Positions 27,604 through 59,117 of a stretch of DNA of 64,000 nucleotides are shown here, one piece after another. Source of the DNA: Chrysomallon squamiferum (lineage: Eukaryota > Animalia > Mollusca); the NCBI GenBank assembly GCA_012295275.1, contig CM022672.1, positions 6,386,001-6,450,000 on the forward strand. Reading direction: 5' to 3'. Both the position numbers and the translations under genes were made by a program. Position 1 is the stretch's first letter. The number at the start of each line of letters is the position of its first letter. The notes beneath the pieces are model-generated. The model had not been told where the DNA came from. It saw nothing but the letters and a program-made list of their open reading frames with translations, and did no database searches.

Positions 27604-30600
27604 TGTATGTAGTCTTTTACAGAATTTTAAGAATGATCAGTTTTTTAGCCATTTTCATTTGATCAGTTTTTCAGCCATTTTCAAGACAATAATGTAAATG
27701 CTAATAAATAAAATAAAATAAAATAAAATAAAATAAAATAACAAAATATATAAATAATTTTAAATGTTAAATTGTAACAGAATATTAATTTAATTTGCCA
27801 GTATTCTTCAGTATTTGACTGGGTTATTACACTTTTCAATAAATCTCCAATGACTAATTTTCTATTGCAGTGAAGTTTAACAGAAAAATATACTGAAATT
27901 TATTAATAAGAAAAGCCAAAGGAATTGGAGCTGAAAGCCTTCTTTCTAATACCATCATTATCACAAACAGTCCAAAATCGAAAAAACAAAAACAAAACAA
28001 AAATCTTAATAAATGCCTGACATCTAATGACAGCAAACTTTAAAATAACATTAAACACATATTCATTTATTGTTATCTTTATCTCCCATTTTTTATTTTT
28101 TTTTTTTTTTTTTTAATATACTTATTTATTAATTAAAATATTTATTTTGTAAATATCAGTTTAAAAACATACCATGTGTGGATATTTGTCTGGATCTGTG
28201 ACATTAATGTCTGTCAGCTTGATGTTCAGGAACTGGTCAACTGAATGCAAAGTGCCACAGATGCTGAAACGATACATAAAGCAAAATAGTATCTTATTTT
28301 TATACACATACATACACACACAAACACAGACTCAGTTTAACTTTAAATTCTAAATGTTACTAAATAACAAGCAGTATGGGACTGAAAGAAACATTTATTG
28401 AAGACAGATTCAAGAAAGCAAAACAGACACCACCGATACTAAATAAATCGAATAAATTCAAGGACCTTCCTGTCTAGTCTCTATCATTTTGTTATGTATA
28501 TAAATATTATGCTAGTACACATTTACATGCACTTTTATGCTACAAAGAGTTACAACCCTTGGTTAACATTAAAGAAAATGTTGAATGTATGTCTGTTTAT
28601 CTTTCAACTTAGGCACAATTCCAGAAAAGGAAAATAGAAAATTTCTGAAATCCATAGACGTAATGACAGACATCAGTGTTGTACTTCTTATTATTTTTTA
28701 TATCACTAAAAACATGTACAAAATATTAGTTATGTAAGTGTGACTGGGATATATTTACCAACATTTAACAATGATGAAAATTTTTATCAATTCTGAAATG
28801 AAAATATATTTTAAAAGTTGTGCTTTTTTAAAAGTTAGTTTTTCTGACATTACATAAAATGTGTGTGTGTGTGTACACTTTTTTGGATTTGTGGTCGTTT
28901 TGTGCAGGGTTTTTTTTTGCGGGTATATATGTATGTGTGAGTGTAAAATATAAATAGAAATGTATACATACCTTAGATCATTTTTGAGTTCAACAACAAC
29001 ATCCTTTCCAACAAGAGACTTAAAGAATGAATAAAATAACTGAAAAAGAAAAAAGATAATATGTATTTAAAGCAATCTTTAAGTTAGGAAATTTTTGACA
29101 CATCATCTGAGAAAGACTATTTATTCCCTCTACTGCAAATCAGACATTATTATAATTGACGGGATTTTGTTTCCACCTGTAATAATATGTAAATATATTA
29201 CTGATGTTTATCATACACTTAACACTATTTCATGTTAACAGATTGATTAGTGAAAAAAAAAGGAATAATAATAATAATTTTGAAAATTGTATTTACATAT
29301 ATATATATATAGATATAGATAGATAGATAGATATATATATATGTCACACACGCACACATTTTTATATTGTTTACTTTCAGAAAATTTAAAAGCAATTTCA
29401 AATTCCAAAAAATATGTTCAGTTTATTTTATTGCTGGACTACACATTATAACAAAGAATTATTCAGTGCAGAATTAAATGCTTATAATTATTTAGCACAA
29501 AGTGACAAACTAAATTTTAGAGATATTGTAAATGAACTAAACAGATGCTGCAGCTGAAAACAAAGTTATAGATTAGAGCTTTTGTTTCACAACATTGTCC
29601 AAAAATAATTTTTTACCACAAAATCAAAGCATGAGCTACATTGTAAACCTAAGCAATGAAAGCCCTGATTGTCAGAAATCCAGCAATAACCAGAAAACTA
29701 TGATTCAGGAAGTTTGTTTATTCATTTTAATGGAAGTAGAATTACTTGAAATGAAAAATAACTAGAGGCAATAATTTTATAAATTTACAAAGTGTGAATA
29801 TGACAAAATCAGATTTTGTTTTGTTTTTTTAAATAAATATATATTACTCTTAAGAGCATGTTCTATATCCAAAGTGTATGCTTGTTTTTGAATTCAGATA
29901 AAGTAAGTTTCCCCAATTGGAATATGTATAGAAAACAGTTTATCATTATCAAGTTCATAGTTGTTTAATTAGCATATCTGTAGTGAACAGTAGTGAACAA
30001 TGTAAGCAAATTTTGCAACTGAGTTTTCATTTCAAATGTTCTTTTGTTACTCTGTCGTTCAGTAAAAAAAATATGAAAAGTATTCTTTCATACTGCCTGT
30101 ATAACTCTTAAATTAAGAGTTATACATTTGATGATTATTACTCTGCTAAATTAGAAACAAGTTAACATACATTATAATTTATAATGATATCAGTATTTTC
30201 ATTAACATATTTTAAGAATACTTATGTTATGTTTGATGGACTTTAGTGTTTCAAATAAGCCGCATATATTCTTGAATTTCAATGTATTTTACTTTTTCAT
30301 ACATCCTACTTGTGGGTCTGTTCCTAAAAAACTACTGTCCCAACTGCCAAAATATGAATCGTGATTTATATGAAATCACATAAATTAAAACCTGTCTGAC
30401 ACAGGTGTGTTATTAAAGGTGGTCAGGTTTTGCTTTATCAGTTTATGTCAAGGTAAACAAAGCTAATTACAAGCGATACATCACACTCACTGGAACAGGT
30501 GGAATTTGAAAAATATCTAATCCAATTTGTTAGTATATTACTATGACTTGTATCAGTCTATGCTGGCTAAAAATAAAGACAATTTTATAATAATAATGAT

Positions 30601-30953
30601 AAATCATTATCATGATTATGATTTAAAGAGAAATATTTCAACCTAATCACTGTATTATCTGTATTTTTAATATAAAAATAATAATATTAATAGGTTTTAT
30701 AATTTATAATATATATATATATATTAGATTAATAAAATTTTAATTTTTTTTTTTTAAATAAAACGTTTTAGAATTTAAAAACGATTCTCAAACGACTCTA
30801 ACGAGTAAATGTTTCTCCAACTCGAGTGGACATTTCCACGTATTTAACAACATGAATCATCATTTCAAATAATTTAAATATCGCTAATTCTGCATTAATT
30901 ATATTGTCATTTTGGTTATCATTTATTTTGTTTTCGAAAATGTAAATTACCAT
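26043..30953 (-). CDS. LSM2: U6 snRNA-associated Sm-like protein LSm2, 4 coding exons, 96 aa
   Basis: Exons (minus) 30951-30953 (ATG only), 28972-29039, 28173-28263, 26043-26171; all GT-AG and in frame. Translation MLFYSFFKSLVGKDVVVELKNDLSICGTLHSVDQFLNIKLTDINVTDPDKYPHMLSVKTCFIRGSVVRYVQLPTDECDTQLLQDAARKEAAQNKQR* is recognisably animal LSm2. Confidence 0.97.
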
Positions 30954-31522
30954 GATGAAGTTAAAACGTCCCGCTAGTCAGTCGTCGTCAACAAATAATC
31001 CAGTTATGTTACGCTATTAAAACGAACAACAGCGAAATAGTCAGGCCATAATAAATACCTTAAAGAACTGAAACCTATTCCTTTATTTTCACAATTTTTG
31101 TAACATATATCTTATAATTCATTAAATATTAGAGGATTAAGGATGAACTTTATACAGCTGGCCATATATATTAATTGCAAGCGTAAAACAGATAGCTACA
31201 TGTCAGCTTGACAAACATTTTCATACTTGTTTGTGGTTTTTTTAATGTAATGACAGACAGTATATTTCGGTTCATATTAACACTTTATGATGAAACTTAG
31301 ATTAACGGTATGTATTTAAATAATAATTATAATATGAAAATATAATATTTAAATATCAGAAAATTAAATTTCTTATAAGAAAAAAAAAATTGTAAATTTT
31401 CTTTTAAGCTGCATCACATTGCTTTTTCGACGTGATGTTACAAACGAGAATAGAGACAATTAATCAACTTCCGGCGTGAAAAAGCAAATGAGCTTTTGGC
31501 CTCTGAAAACCATCTAATAAAC
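30954..31522. promoter_or_regulatory. Bidirectional promoter region between LSM2 and PSMB1
   Basis: Only 569 bp separate the divergent ATGs. CpG is locally retained, and an ETS-type motif ACTTCCGG lies at 31467-31474 just upstream of the PSMB1 ATG. Confidence 0.75.
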
Positions 31523-34265
31523 ATGCAGGGAAGTCAAGAAGTTGTTAATAATTATTATGGCCAACAAGTTCCCGTAGAACACCAGTTCAATCCATATGCA
31601 CTAAATGGAGGGTATGTTTTCTGATATTAGCATTACTTGAGATTAAAATCTTAAATAATCGTAGAGCTTATATAATATATTTATAATCATAATATTAATA
31701 ATGTTTATAAATTATATTACTATTAAAAGTATTATTAATTTATTAGTTATAATATTTAAAATATTAAATTATTAATAATATAATTTATAAATATTTTAAA
31801 TAATAAATATGATAGGTTTCAGATATATTATAAATAATTAAATAATGTATCATTGTATGATCGTGGATATCGATTTATCTTTTTGATTATCATTATGATT
31901 ATTATTATCTAACAAGATAAATATTTCTTGAAACATTCAAACAAATATCAATAAATTTAACAGATATTTTGTGCCCATTGAAAAACCTGTAGATCGATGT
32001 GTTTTGATCAGTTGAACTTCAGCAAAATTTTATAATTGAATGAATCACATTACAAATATCCAGATTTGAAAAAAAAAAAAAAAAAAGATGATAAAGACAG
32101 GCATATCCCTCACACGTTATTAAGAAATATTCAGTAAATAATTGCACCAAATTGATGAAAAACCTGCAATTCAGGGATAGCCCTTACAATACTTGGCACA
32201 CTCTTAACAGGTACTATAAGACACAAATGACGTGAGCAAAATTCTTGTTACTTGAGCAGCATCATTAATATTATAACCTTAATTAATCATAAACATTTAA
32301 TTAAGTAGTTTATCCTTTCTAGCTCTGTCAACTAAATTGAATGTAATTTTATTTTTTTATTTTTTCAGCACTGTTCTGGCAATAGCAGGAGAAAACTTTT
32401 CTGTTGTTGCTTCTGATACACGTCTCAGTGAAGGTTTTTCCATTTATTCAAGAGATGTACCAAAGATATATGACTTGTAAGAAAAATAATTATTTAATAT
32501 TTAAAATTTAAATAATTGCAGACCTGTGCATATTTGGAATTACGTGCTATTTATTATTATTATTACTTTATTATCATGCAGTAATAAGGATATATTAATT
32601 TATACTGCTTTAAATTTAAAACATGTATTTGTTTCAGAGTTAATTATTTCAATTGTTGTTTTTCATTTCAGGACAAAAACAACAGTTCTGGGAGCATGTG
32701 GTTTCCATGGTGATGTGCTGACACTGACAAAGATATTGCAGGCTAGGCTGAAGGTCAGTTTTTATCCCAGGCACTAACATAACTATTTTGATATTACAAA
32801 GTATTGTTCCTTGTTATGTATAATACTGTGAAGAACAACAATTTATTTAAAAGATCTCTTTTAATTCTTAATTCCATTGTGAAATAAAAAAACTTTAATT
32901 TTTTATTTTGTTTTATGCATCAAAAACACAGACTGAGAGAGATGCAGAAAATGTCAGTATGTTCTATCCAATACAGAAAAATATGATAATTTATATGCAA
33001 AGATATATTTAGAATGAATAAAAAATGAAGAGAATACAACACAATACATTTATGTTTTTGGAATGAAGAAAAATGTATAGAATATAACAAAATATAGTTA
33101 TTTTAAAACACATGTAACATATTGCTTTGTTTATTTCTAACATTTCAGATTTATGGTCATGAACATAACAGAAAAATGACAACAAATGCTATAGCTGCTA
33201 TGCTGTCAACAATGTTGTACTACAGAAGATTTTTCCCATATTATGTTTACAACATACTTGCAGGAATTGACGAGCAGGGTAAAATCTGAGCTTTCATATT
33301 TTCAGTCAATCCACATTATACTGAATTTGTAATTGATTTTATCTTAATGCTGTTTTTAGAAAAACTTCGCTAAATCTAAAATGTATCAAAAACAATTAAA
33401 AAAGGAAGAAGAAAAATCTTCTTATTTTAGTCATATACAGCAATGTTTTCTCTCTTCTTTGTTTAAAACAAATATTAGTAATTCAGAAAACTTTCTTTAT
33501 AATTATTTGACTTTGCAGGCAAAGGCTGTGTTTACAGTTTTGACCCTGTCGGATCGTATGAAAGAGAAGCATACAGGGCTGGAGGCACGGCTAGTGCCAT
33601 GTTGCAGCCTCTGCTAGACAACCAGGTAATTTTCAGCTTGCAGCTGTAGCTAAAATGCAAGAGGAAGTTTTAACATAAAACTTCTAGTGCACTTATAAAG
33701 CAGGTTCAGTGGCGTAAACATTGGAGAAGTGTCAGTTCAGATACACTGAGTAATTTGCTGTTCTGTTCATTGCAACAGAGCAAATGAATGGAGGATGGTT
33801 CTGTGTTTTAATTGCAGAAGAAAAAATATATATTTAACAAATGTATTTATCTGAAAAAAGAAACTAACTGTTTTAAGATATAAAGTTCTCTTTCTGACTG
33901 AACAAATGAAATGATTAATACTAGCATTATTTTATTAAGACTGATTGTAAATATAAACATCTGAAATCTTGATATTGATTTGAATTGTATTTCAGATGTT
34001 TATTTAAACACATAATAAAACTTTTTCTCTCATGGGACTGCACATTGTCTTTAATTCATGAATTTCTAACATTTTGCAGATTGGCTTCAAGAACATGAAA
34101 GATGTGAAAAAAGTCCCACTTAGTCTAGAAAAAACAGTGAGCCTGGTAAAAGATGTTTTCATTTCTGCAGCCGAGAGAGACATTTACACTGGAGACTCAA
34201 TTGTTGTCAAAGTCGTTACAAAGGATGGAGTGCAGTCAGAGAAGTTTCAGCTACGTAGAGACTGA
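31523..34265 (+). CDS. PSMB1: 20S proteasome subunit beta type-1 (beta6, non-catalytic), 6 exons, 233 aa
   Basis: Exons 31523-31611, 32369-32476, 32672-32753, 33149-33278, 33519-33625, 34080-34265; GT-AG, phases consistent, 702 nt. Motifs [93 protein letters not shown] and C-terminal LRRD*. Confidence 0.97.
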
Positions 34266-34447
34266 TGCTGTAGTTTTGTTGTTCTCATTGTACTGGATTG
34301 TTTTCAGAGACTTCTTCATTTGTTAAACACACGAAATGTCTGAATCTGTTCCATTTATCATTCACTAAATAAATTTCGACTCTTGTGACAGATAATTGTG
34401 TGTTTTGTTTTTTGGGGGGTAACTTTGAATTTGAATTGTGTGTGTTT

Positions 34448-34565
34448 ACACATACATATACACATCCATTGTACACATACATACATATTTATATATACAC
34501 ACACGCACACATACATATACACATCCATTGTACACACATACATATTTATATATATACACACACAT
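34448..34565 (+). repeat. About 57 bp duplication of a CA/TA-rich unit downstream of the PSMB1 stop
   Basis: ACACATACATATACACATCCATTGTACACA occurs twice in tandem. Confidence 0.75.
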
Positions 34566-35147
34566 TTTATATATATATAGATAGATGTATATACATAAAT
34601 TGATGTAGATGGATTATTTCTGTAGAAATTTTGATTTCCAGAAAACAAATGAAGTTATTTCAATATTTAGTTACTTTACTCTTCACAATTTAATGGGTTC
34701 TTTTACTTACTAAAACTACTAGCAAAACTAGAAATCTTCCCACACACAAACAACTACACTTATAATTCACAGAAAAACTGAAGAAGAACAAAACCACCTT
34801 TTTTTTTTGGATATAAAGTTTATTAAGATAACTGGTAAGAAAAAGCCCATCAGAAAAAAATAATTAATAATCAAAAGGGCTTTGTATTAATAATTAAAAT
34901 ACATAAATATTAATAATAAAGAAATTCTTTAAACAGAAATGGTTTCAACATGGTCTTTCCACACACAAAAAAAATATACATATAAAAAAACAAAAAAAAA
35001 AACAAATATGGCAACAACCATTCAAAAGTAAAATAAATGATATAACATCTGGTGGTTGCTAACCAAACATTTTATGATCATTACACAGATTTCGCATATG
35101 ATTTAATTTTATTATTGTTATATAAAACCTGCATGCTTTTCAGCATG

Positions 35148-37682
35148 CTACTTCTTCGGGTGATGAAAAGGCATGCCTCTGTCTTTGCCACGAAGTTTTA
35201 CTCCTGAAATATAAAATAAAGTTTTACTATTTAACTCATTTAAATTTATTTTACATTCTTATTGTTGTATTTTCGGATTTTAAGTGACTTTATTATTAGT
35301 ACATAAACATTATTTTACAAGTAATACATTACCAGGAAAAGATCTGAACTTATAACTAAAAATGATAATAAAAAGATGTATTAAAACATCAGAAACTGAA
35401 CTATTTTCTACTGTTATGCTTTAGTCAACTTTTTCCATTTAAGGGCAACATTGGGTAGAAACAAAGAAAGAAAATGGATAAAAATAAAAATAAAAAATTT
35501 GTACTTTCATTTTATCTTAAAACATTTGTTTCTAGGTTTAAATAGGATAGTTGACTAATAAAGATAATTATTAATTTTTTTAAAATCTTAAATTTCCTCC
35601 ATGATGTATTACATACCAAGCACGCGTTCAAGTTTTCCCATAACCTGATTGTTTGGTATTGCTCTCCCAGCCTCATATTCATTTATGACTTGCTGTTTTT
35701 CATTTATTTTCTGAAACAAGAATAAAAAATGAATGAAATACGTGTTTTCTTTAATATACATAGAAGCAAAAACTAAAATACAGTAACTGGGATAACTATC
35801 CTTTCTTACTAACCATATTTCCCTTTTCATTTTAATTCCAGGAACACATCCAACTAATCTCACCCATTAAATCACAGATTTAAAAAAAAAAAGGAAAAAA
35901 AAAGGATAAATTTAATCTGAAATGAAAACATCTTTTTATATCACTGATACCTTCAGATAAATATAATAAATATTTTCAATATATCTATATCTACACACAC
36001 ACACACAGACACAATGAAAACTACTTACAGTTGCTAGCTCCTTTTGCGTCATATTTTTCTGCTGTCGGTGCTTTTGAATTAATTTGGCCACATCGAGGCT
36101 TAACCTGTCATGATGTAATTCCTCGGTTTCACGATCAAGAACAGCAGTGTTTTTATTCGAACTATGCTGTTTGTTCCCACCTCCACCAACTATGTCAGAA
36201 AGACAAGTTTAATAATAGGAGATACAAAAATATCAGAAACACTTGACAACAACTGTTTAAGATTAACCTTTGAATTGATTTTAATCACTATAATTCACAC
36301 CTTTATTTATTTAAAGTAACTATATATATATATATATATATCATAAAATTGTATATTCATAATTAATCAAACTAAATGAAAATGAAACTGTCAAAGCTAA
36401 TCAAAGACAATAAAAAATACTTAAAGCATTGCAAATTTTACATTTCTGATGAAAGGAACATTTCAGAACTTAAAAAACTAGTTTTGTGGCAATGGATGAG
36501 CAAGAAAATGAAAAAAAGGGAGTAACTTTTTAGACAATAATAATTTCTTACCTAGATCCCAATCCCCAAATACAGAATACCATCATTTCTACATATATAA
36601 TACACACAGATCTACACATTTACACGCACACACTGTGGTGGACCTGCATTTTGGGGACCCTGAAGTTTAAGCTTCATTAGTTTCATAACAGATCTGCTCC
36701 TGCACAAATACACACTGTTTAAATTTGAAAGATAACACAGAAACCAGGTTTACAATTGCCCATATTAAAAGTCCTGTCATTTAAAACTATTCAGAAAAAC
36801 ATTTCAGTAACATAGTAATTATAACAAATTAGAAGTTCTATTATTTGAATTAAATCTATAACAAATATCATCTTACACTTTTTATCAGTATCAATTTCGA
36901 GGCCCTGTCTCTTAGCTGCACTGATTGCCTGCAAAACAATTGTAAAAATTATCATTAAGAGTTTCTGTTTTTCACTTCTTACATTTTTAATAATTCAGAA
37001 TCTGTTTTAAATATTATTATTAGGTCCAATATTAATTTTTTTAAATTTTTTTTTAAATATATTTTTAAACTTTAAATTATTAATATGTTAAAATAAAAAT
37101 TACAAAACACAAAAAGTGGTTCAGGAAATATTAAGTCAGTAGTATCTATACATGTATATGATTTAGATTTTTATAACATGAACGAACTTACACTTTCAAA
37201 CATTAAAATAAATAAATAAATACTAAAAATGTGAACCAAAAAAAAAAAATGTCAACTTACTAACATAAATTGAAATAAATAAAAATGCAAACATACATTT
37301 GCGAGACAGAGAAAAAGCAAACAAAAACAAAAACGCATTCGTTATTTCGTATTTACTATTTGTAAACTTATTTTCTCGATCTTTTTGCTTACTTTACTTG
37401 TATTATTCATCTGGTTGTTTGTTACTTATCTGATTCGTTTTGTAGTTGATGTCACCGTATGGAAAGGTACACAATGTATCTATGCGTAACAGTTAAAACT
37501 GAGCGTAGTGTAGGTAATGTTTGAGCGAGCTCATGAACAAATTTCCACCAGACGATCTTATTTTTAGTATTTTATGCTTAAAATAGCTAATATGTGTTAA
37601 CAACCTTCTGGGTTTTTAGTTGAGATCCTTTTGGTTGTCGTTTTCCAATGTATGTTACTTCTTCCCAATCTGCTTCTGCCAT
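35148..37682 (-). CDS. EDF1: Endothelial differentiation-related factor 1 / multiprotein bridging factor 1, 5 exons, 146 aa
   Basis: Exons (minus) 37605-37682, 36877-36928, 36029-36189, 35617-35710, 35148-35203; GT-AG, 441 nt. Translation [16 protein letters not shown]...[11 protein letters not shown]...[17 protein letters not shown]...[47 protein letters not shown]...PKK* gives the MBF1 domain plus helix-turn-helix. Confidence 0.96.
36633..36702. mobile_element. Short MITE-like fragment in EDF1 intron 2
   Basis: GTGGTGGACCTG...GGGGACCCTGAAGTTTAAGCTTCATTAG...CAGATCTGCTCCTG has decayed inverted ends, in an otherwise AT-rich intron. Confidence 0.3.
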
Positions 37683-38818
37683 TATTTATTATATATTGAT
37701 ATATTTTTAAAACAAAGTCTACGCAAATTAGCAATTTACTACTACACTGAAGTCTGCAATGCTCTATTTGCCGTAAAGCGTATTGTCGTAAATTCTTAAC
37801 ATGTTGTTTTTCATGCTTCTTTATTATATAAATTAAACCATATTTCATTCAGGTAAATAATGATTTGGAGCATTTTACAAAATATAAACTAATCTGAACA
37901 GATGAAACACAACGACATCACTAACTCTATTTCGTAAACCGTATAACCATTTAAAGATACGCAGATACGATTTCGACGATAAAAACCTTTTTATAATATA
38001 TTATATGATCCTCGATAGCAAGTAATCCTTATATTTTATTTTGTTAATCTATTTTGGATTAATTATTGTTGTCATTTTTTTATTATTATTATTAATGACG
38101 TTTAAAATATTTCTTCTTATTTTTTTAATGGAATAAATAGCACATAATAATGTATATACATGTATTTTTATTTTCAAATAGCATTAATAAATTTTTTGCA
38201 AAACAAAGTCAAAATGCATAGCTTTCTTTATATTCATATATCTATTTATTTAATTTTTACACAGACAACATCCATTCTTTTATCTAATTTTTATATATTA
38301 TTTTATTTTTTATTTTATTTTATTTATTTTTAAATTTATTATTTTTAATTATTATTATTTATTTATTAACTTATTTATTATTTATTTATTTATTATTATT
38401 ATTATTTTATTTTAAAATGTAATAAAATTAATAATACAGAATATGAATTTATATAACAAAAAAAGCAAAAATCAAACTGTTGAAATCATTAAACAGAATT
38501 AATATGTTTTCGTATGTGTTAAATCGACTTATTATTTTTCATAAATAAATAGCGTTATTAGTGTAAACTTTTAAAAGTAAAAAAATACATTTTATTTACA
38601 ATTATAGGATTTAAATCTTAGATTCCAATTTGTTTGTTTTTTTTTTGTTTTTTTTTTTTTTGTAAGATTCTGTAATTAATTAGAATTGCTTCACCAAATT
38701 ATGAGAAGTTGTTAAATATCTAACTGGAAATTTTTTCACATCTTTTTCGTTTTGAAACAAACCCATTTAAACAGCATTATCGCGATTTTGTTTATTTATA
38801 TTTTCAGTTTACTTTATT

Positions 38819-38868
<50 letters not shown>

Positions 38869-39029
38869 TCTGTGTTTGTGTGCGGTATCGTTTATCTTTT
38901 CATAACCACAAATTGGGGGAATAAATACAATATGAAGATTAGATCATATAATTATATATCGAAAGCCTTTTCAGAATGATCTGTCAAGCGGTTAGAATTA
39001 TTTCTATTTATCTAAATAATTATTAATAT

Positions 39030-39031
<2 letters not shown>

Positions 39032-39102
<71 letters not shown>
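39032..39102. repeat. (CT)n microsatellite in the EDF1-BAG6 intergenic region
   Basis: Direct reading. Confidence 0.95.
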
Positions 39103-39105
<3 letters not shown>

Positions 39106-39699
39106 GTTTTTGCCGCCGGATGGTTAACGTTACTAAATTTGTTTTCGATTAATTCATCCTTCCGCTATCAATTTTGAAATACTACAAATGTTTTCAAGAA
39201 TCAGATGTTCATTATAATTGCTGTAAAAGCGGGGAAATAAGAGATATATTTAAGATAGTATAAAAGTTTTGGAAATACTTAATTCATGTGTTGATCAAGT
39301 GTGTGTGTTGTGTGAATGCGTGTGTGCGTGTGAGTGTTTATGTGTATGTTTTTTAAAATCTTTTTTTATTATTATTATAAAACTTATTTAACTATTTTCA
39401 GAAATGCTCGAAGTTTCTAAAATGATAGCATAACTTACATTCCGTTTATCATACACTGATATAGTCTAAAGAGGTACGATATGCACTAAATGGTTGCAAA
39501 AATCATTGGCTCCTCATTTCCTTATTATTATTGTTGTTGTTATTATTATTATTCGGGAGAAAAAACAAAACAAGTGCAGCTATTTTGTAAAGCCTGTTCT
39601 ATGAAGATTAAAATGCTAATGACATATATTTATTTATTTATTATTATTACTATTATTATTATTGTCTTAATTAGTGTCTTGTACCAGTCAAGTTTCCAG

Positions 39700-39813
39700 A
39701 ACGTTATACGGCATTTTGCTCTAACGGAAGTTGCAAGTTTTTAACAAGACAGTAAACTGTTAATTAAACCAATATTCGTCACTGCAGATTACGTACTTCA
39801 CATTAAGGTTGCG
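39700..39813 (+). promoter_or_regulatory. Probable BAG6 promoter and non-coding first exon
   Basis: ETS motif CGGAAGT at 39725-39731 in a CpG-retaining patch, with a candidate donor AAG|GTTGCG near 39807. The BAG6 ATG exon is preceded by an acceptor (TTTTAG at 40567-40572), so an upstream UTR exon is expected. Confidence 0.45.
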
Positions 39814-40595
39814 TTTATTTTTATTTATCTTTATAATGAAAATAATTAGAACATAAAAGGTCACCTGGCCCATCTAGTTGTACAGTTTAATATTGTAATC
39901 CATTTTCTTCCGGACTATTTATAGTATTTTATCATTCATCTTTAATTTTAGTGGACTTTCCAAATTAGTTATTACTAATTTACTATTAAAAACACTAGGT
40001 ACAGTCATGTGATCAAAATAATAAGCGAATGTAATAAATAAAAATAACTATTAATTGATGTTCAATGTTTATATTAAAAGAACAGAATAACTGAGATTTT
40101 GACACTCACACTGTCATTGTTTTGATTTATCTTCATAATCTCAATCTCAATCTGGTATTCCTGAAATCCGTTGAATCTCTCGATTAGCTAATGAAATCAT
40201 GACAAATGTTATAACATTTTTACTTTTATTTATTCAGATTATTGATTCAGTTAACAATAATTTTCAAATTACTGTTTATTATTACTACTACTAGGAATGT
40301 TACTAGCAATAATAAATATGGAACTATCTATGTCATCTAGAACTATATTTACGGAGATGTGACTTTTCAATAATGTTTTAGTTACATATTTCTGCTGACC
40401 AGTTAAGATATATATTAAATTTAGTCATGTTTTGAAAAAAATATACTTCCTCCACAACTTCCATTTTAATTGAATTTTTATTTGAAAGAAACAAATACTT
40501 TTAAATGAAAATACAAATGAATCTCACCTCACAAATATATGTTTTGTGATAACTGATTCATTTGTGTTTTAGTTTGTAGTACAACAACGTACAAA

Positions 40596-59117
<18,522 letters not shown>

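Noticed and set aside
37595-37604. Non-canonical splicing at the EDF1 intron 1 donor (AAG|GTTGTT)
   Set aside because: It is a weak but ordinary GT donor at the expected position. No GC-AG or AT-AC introns were needed for any of the five gene models.
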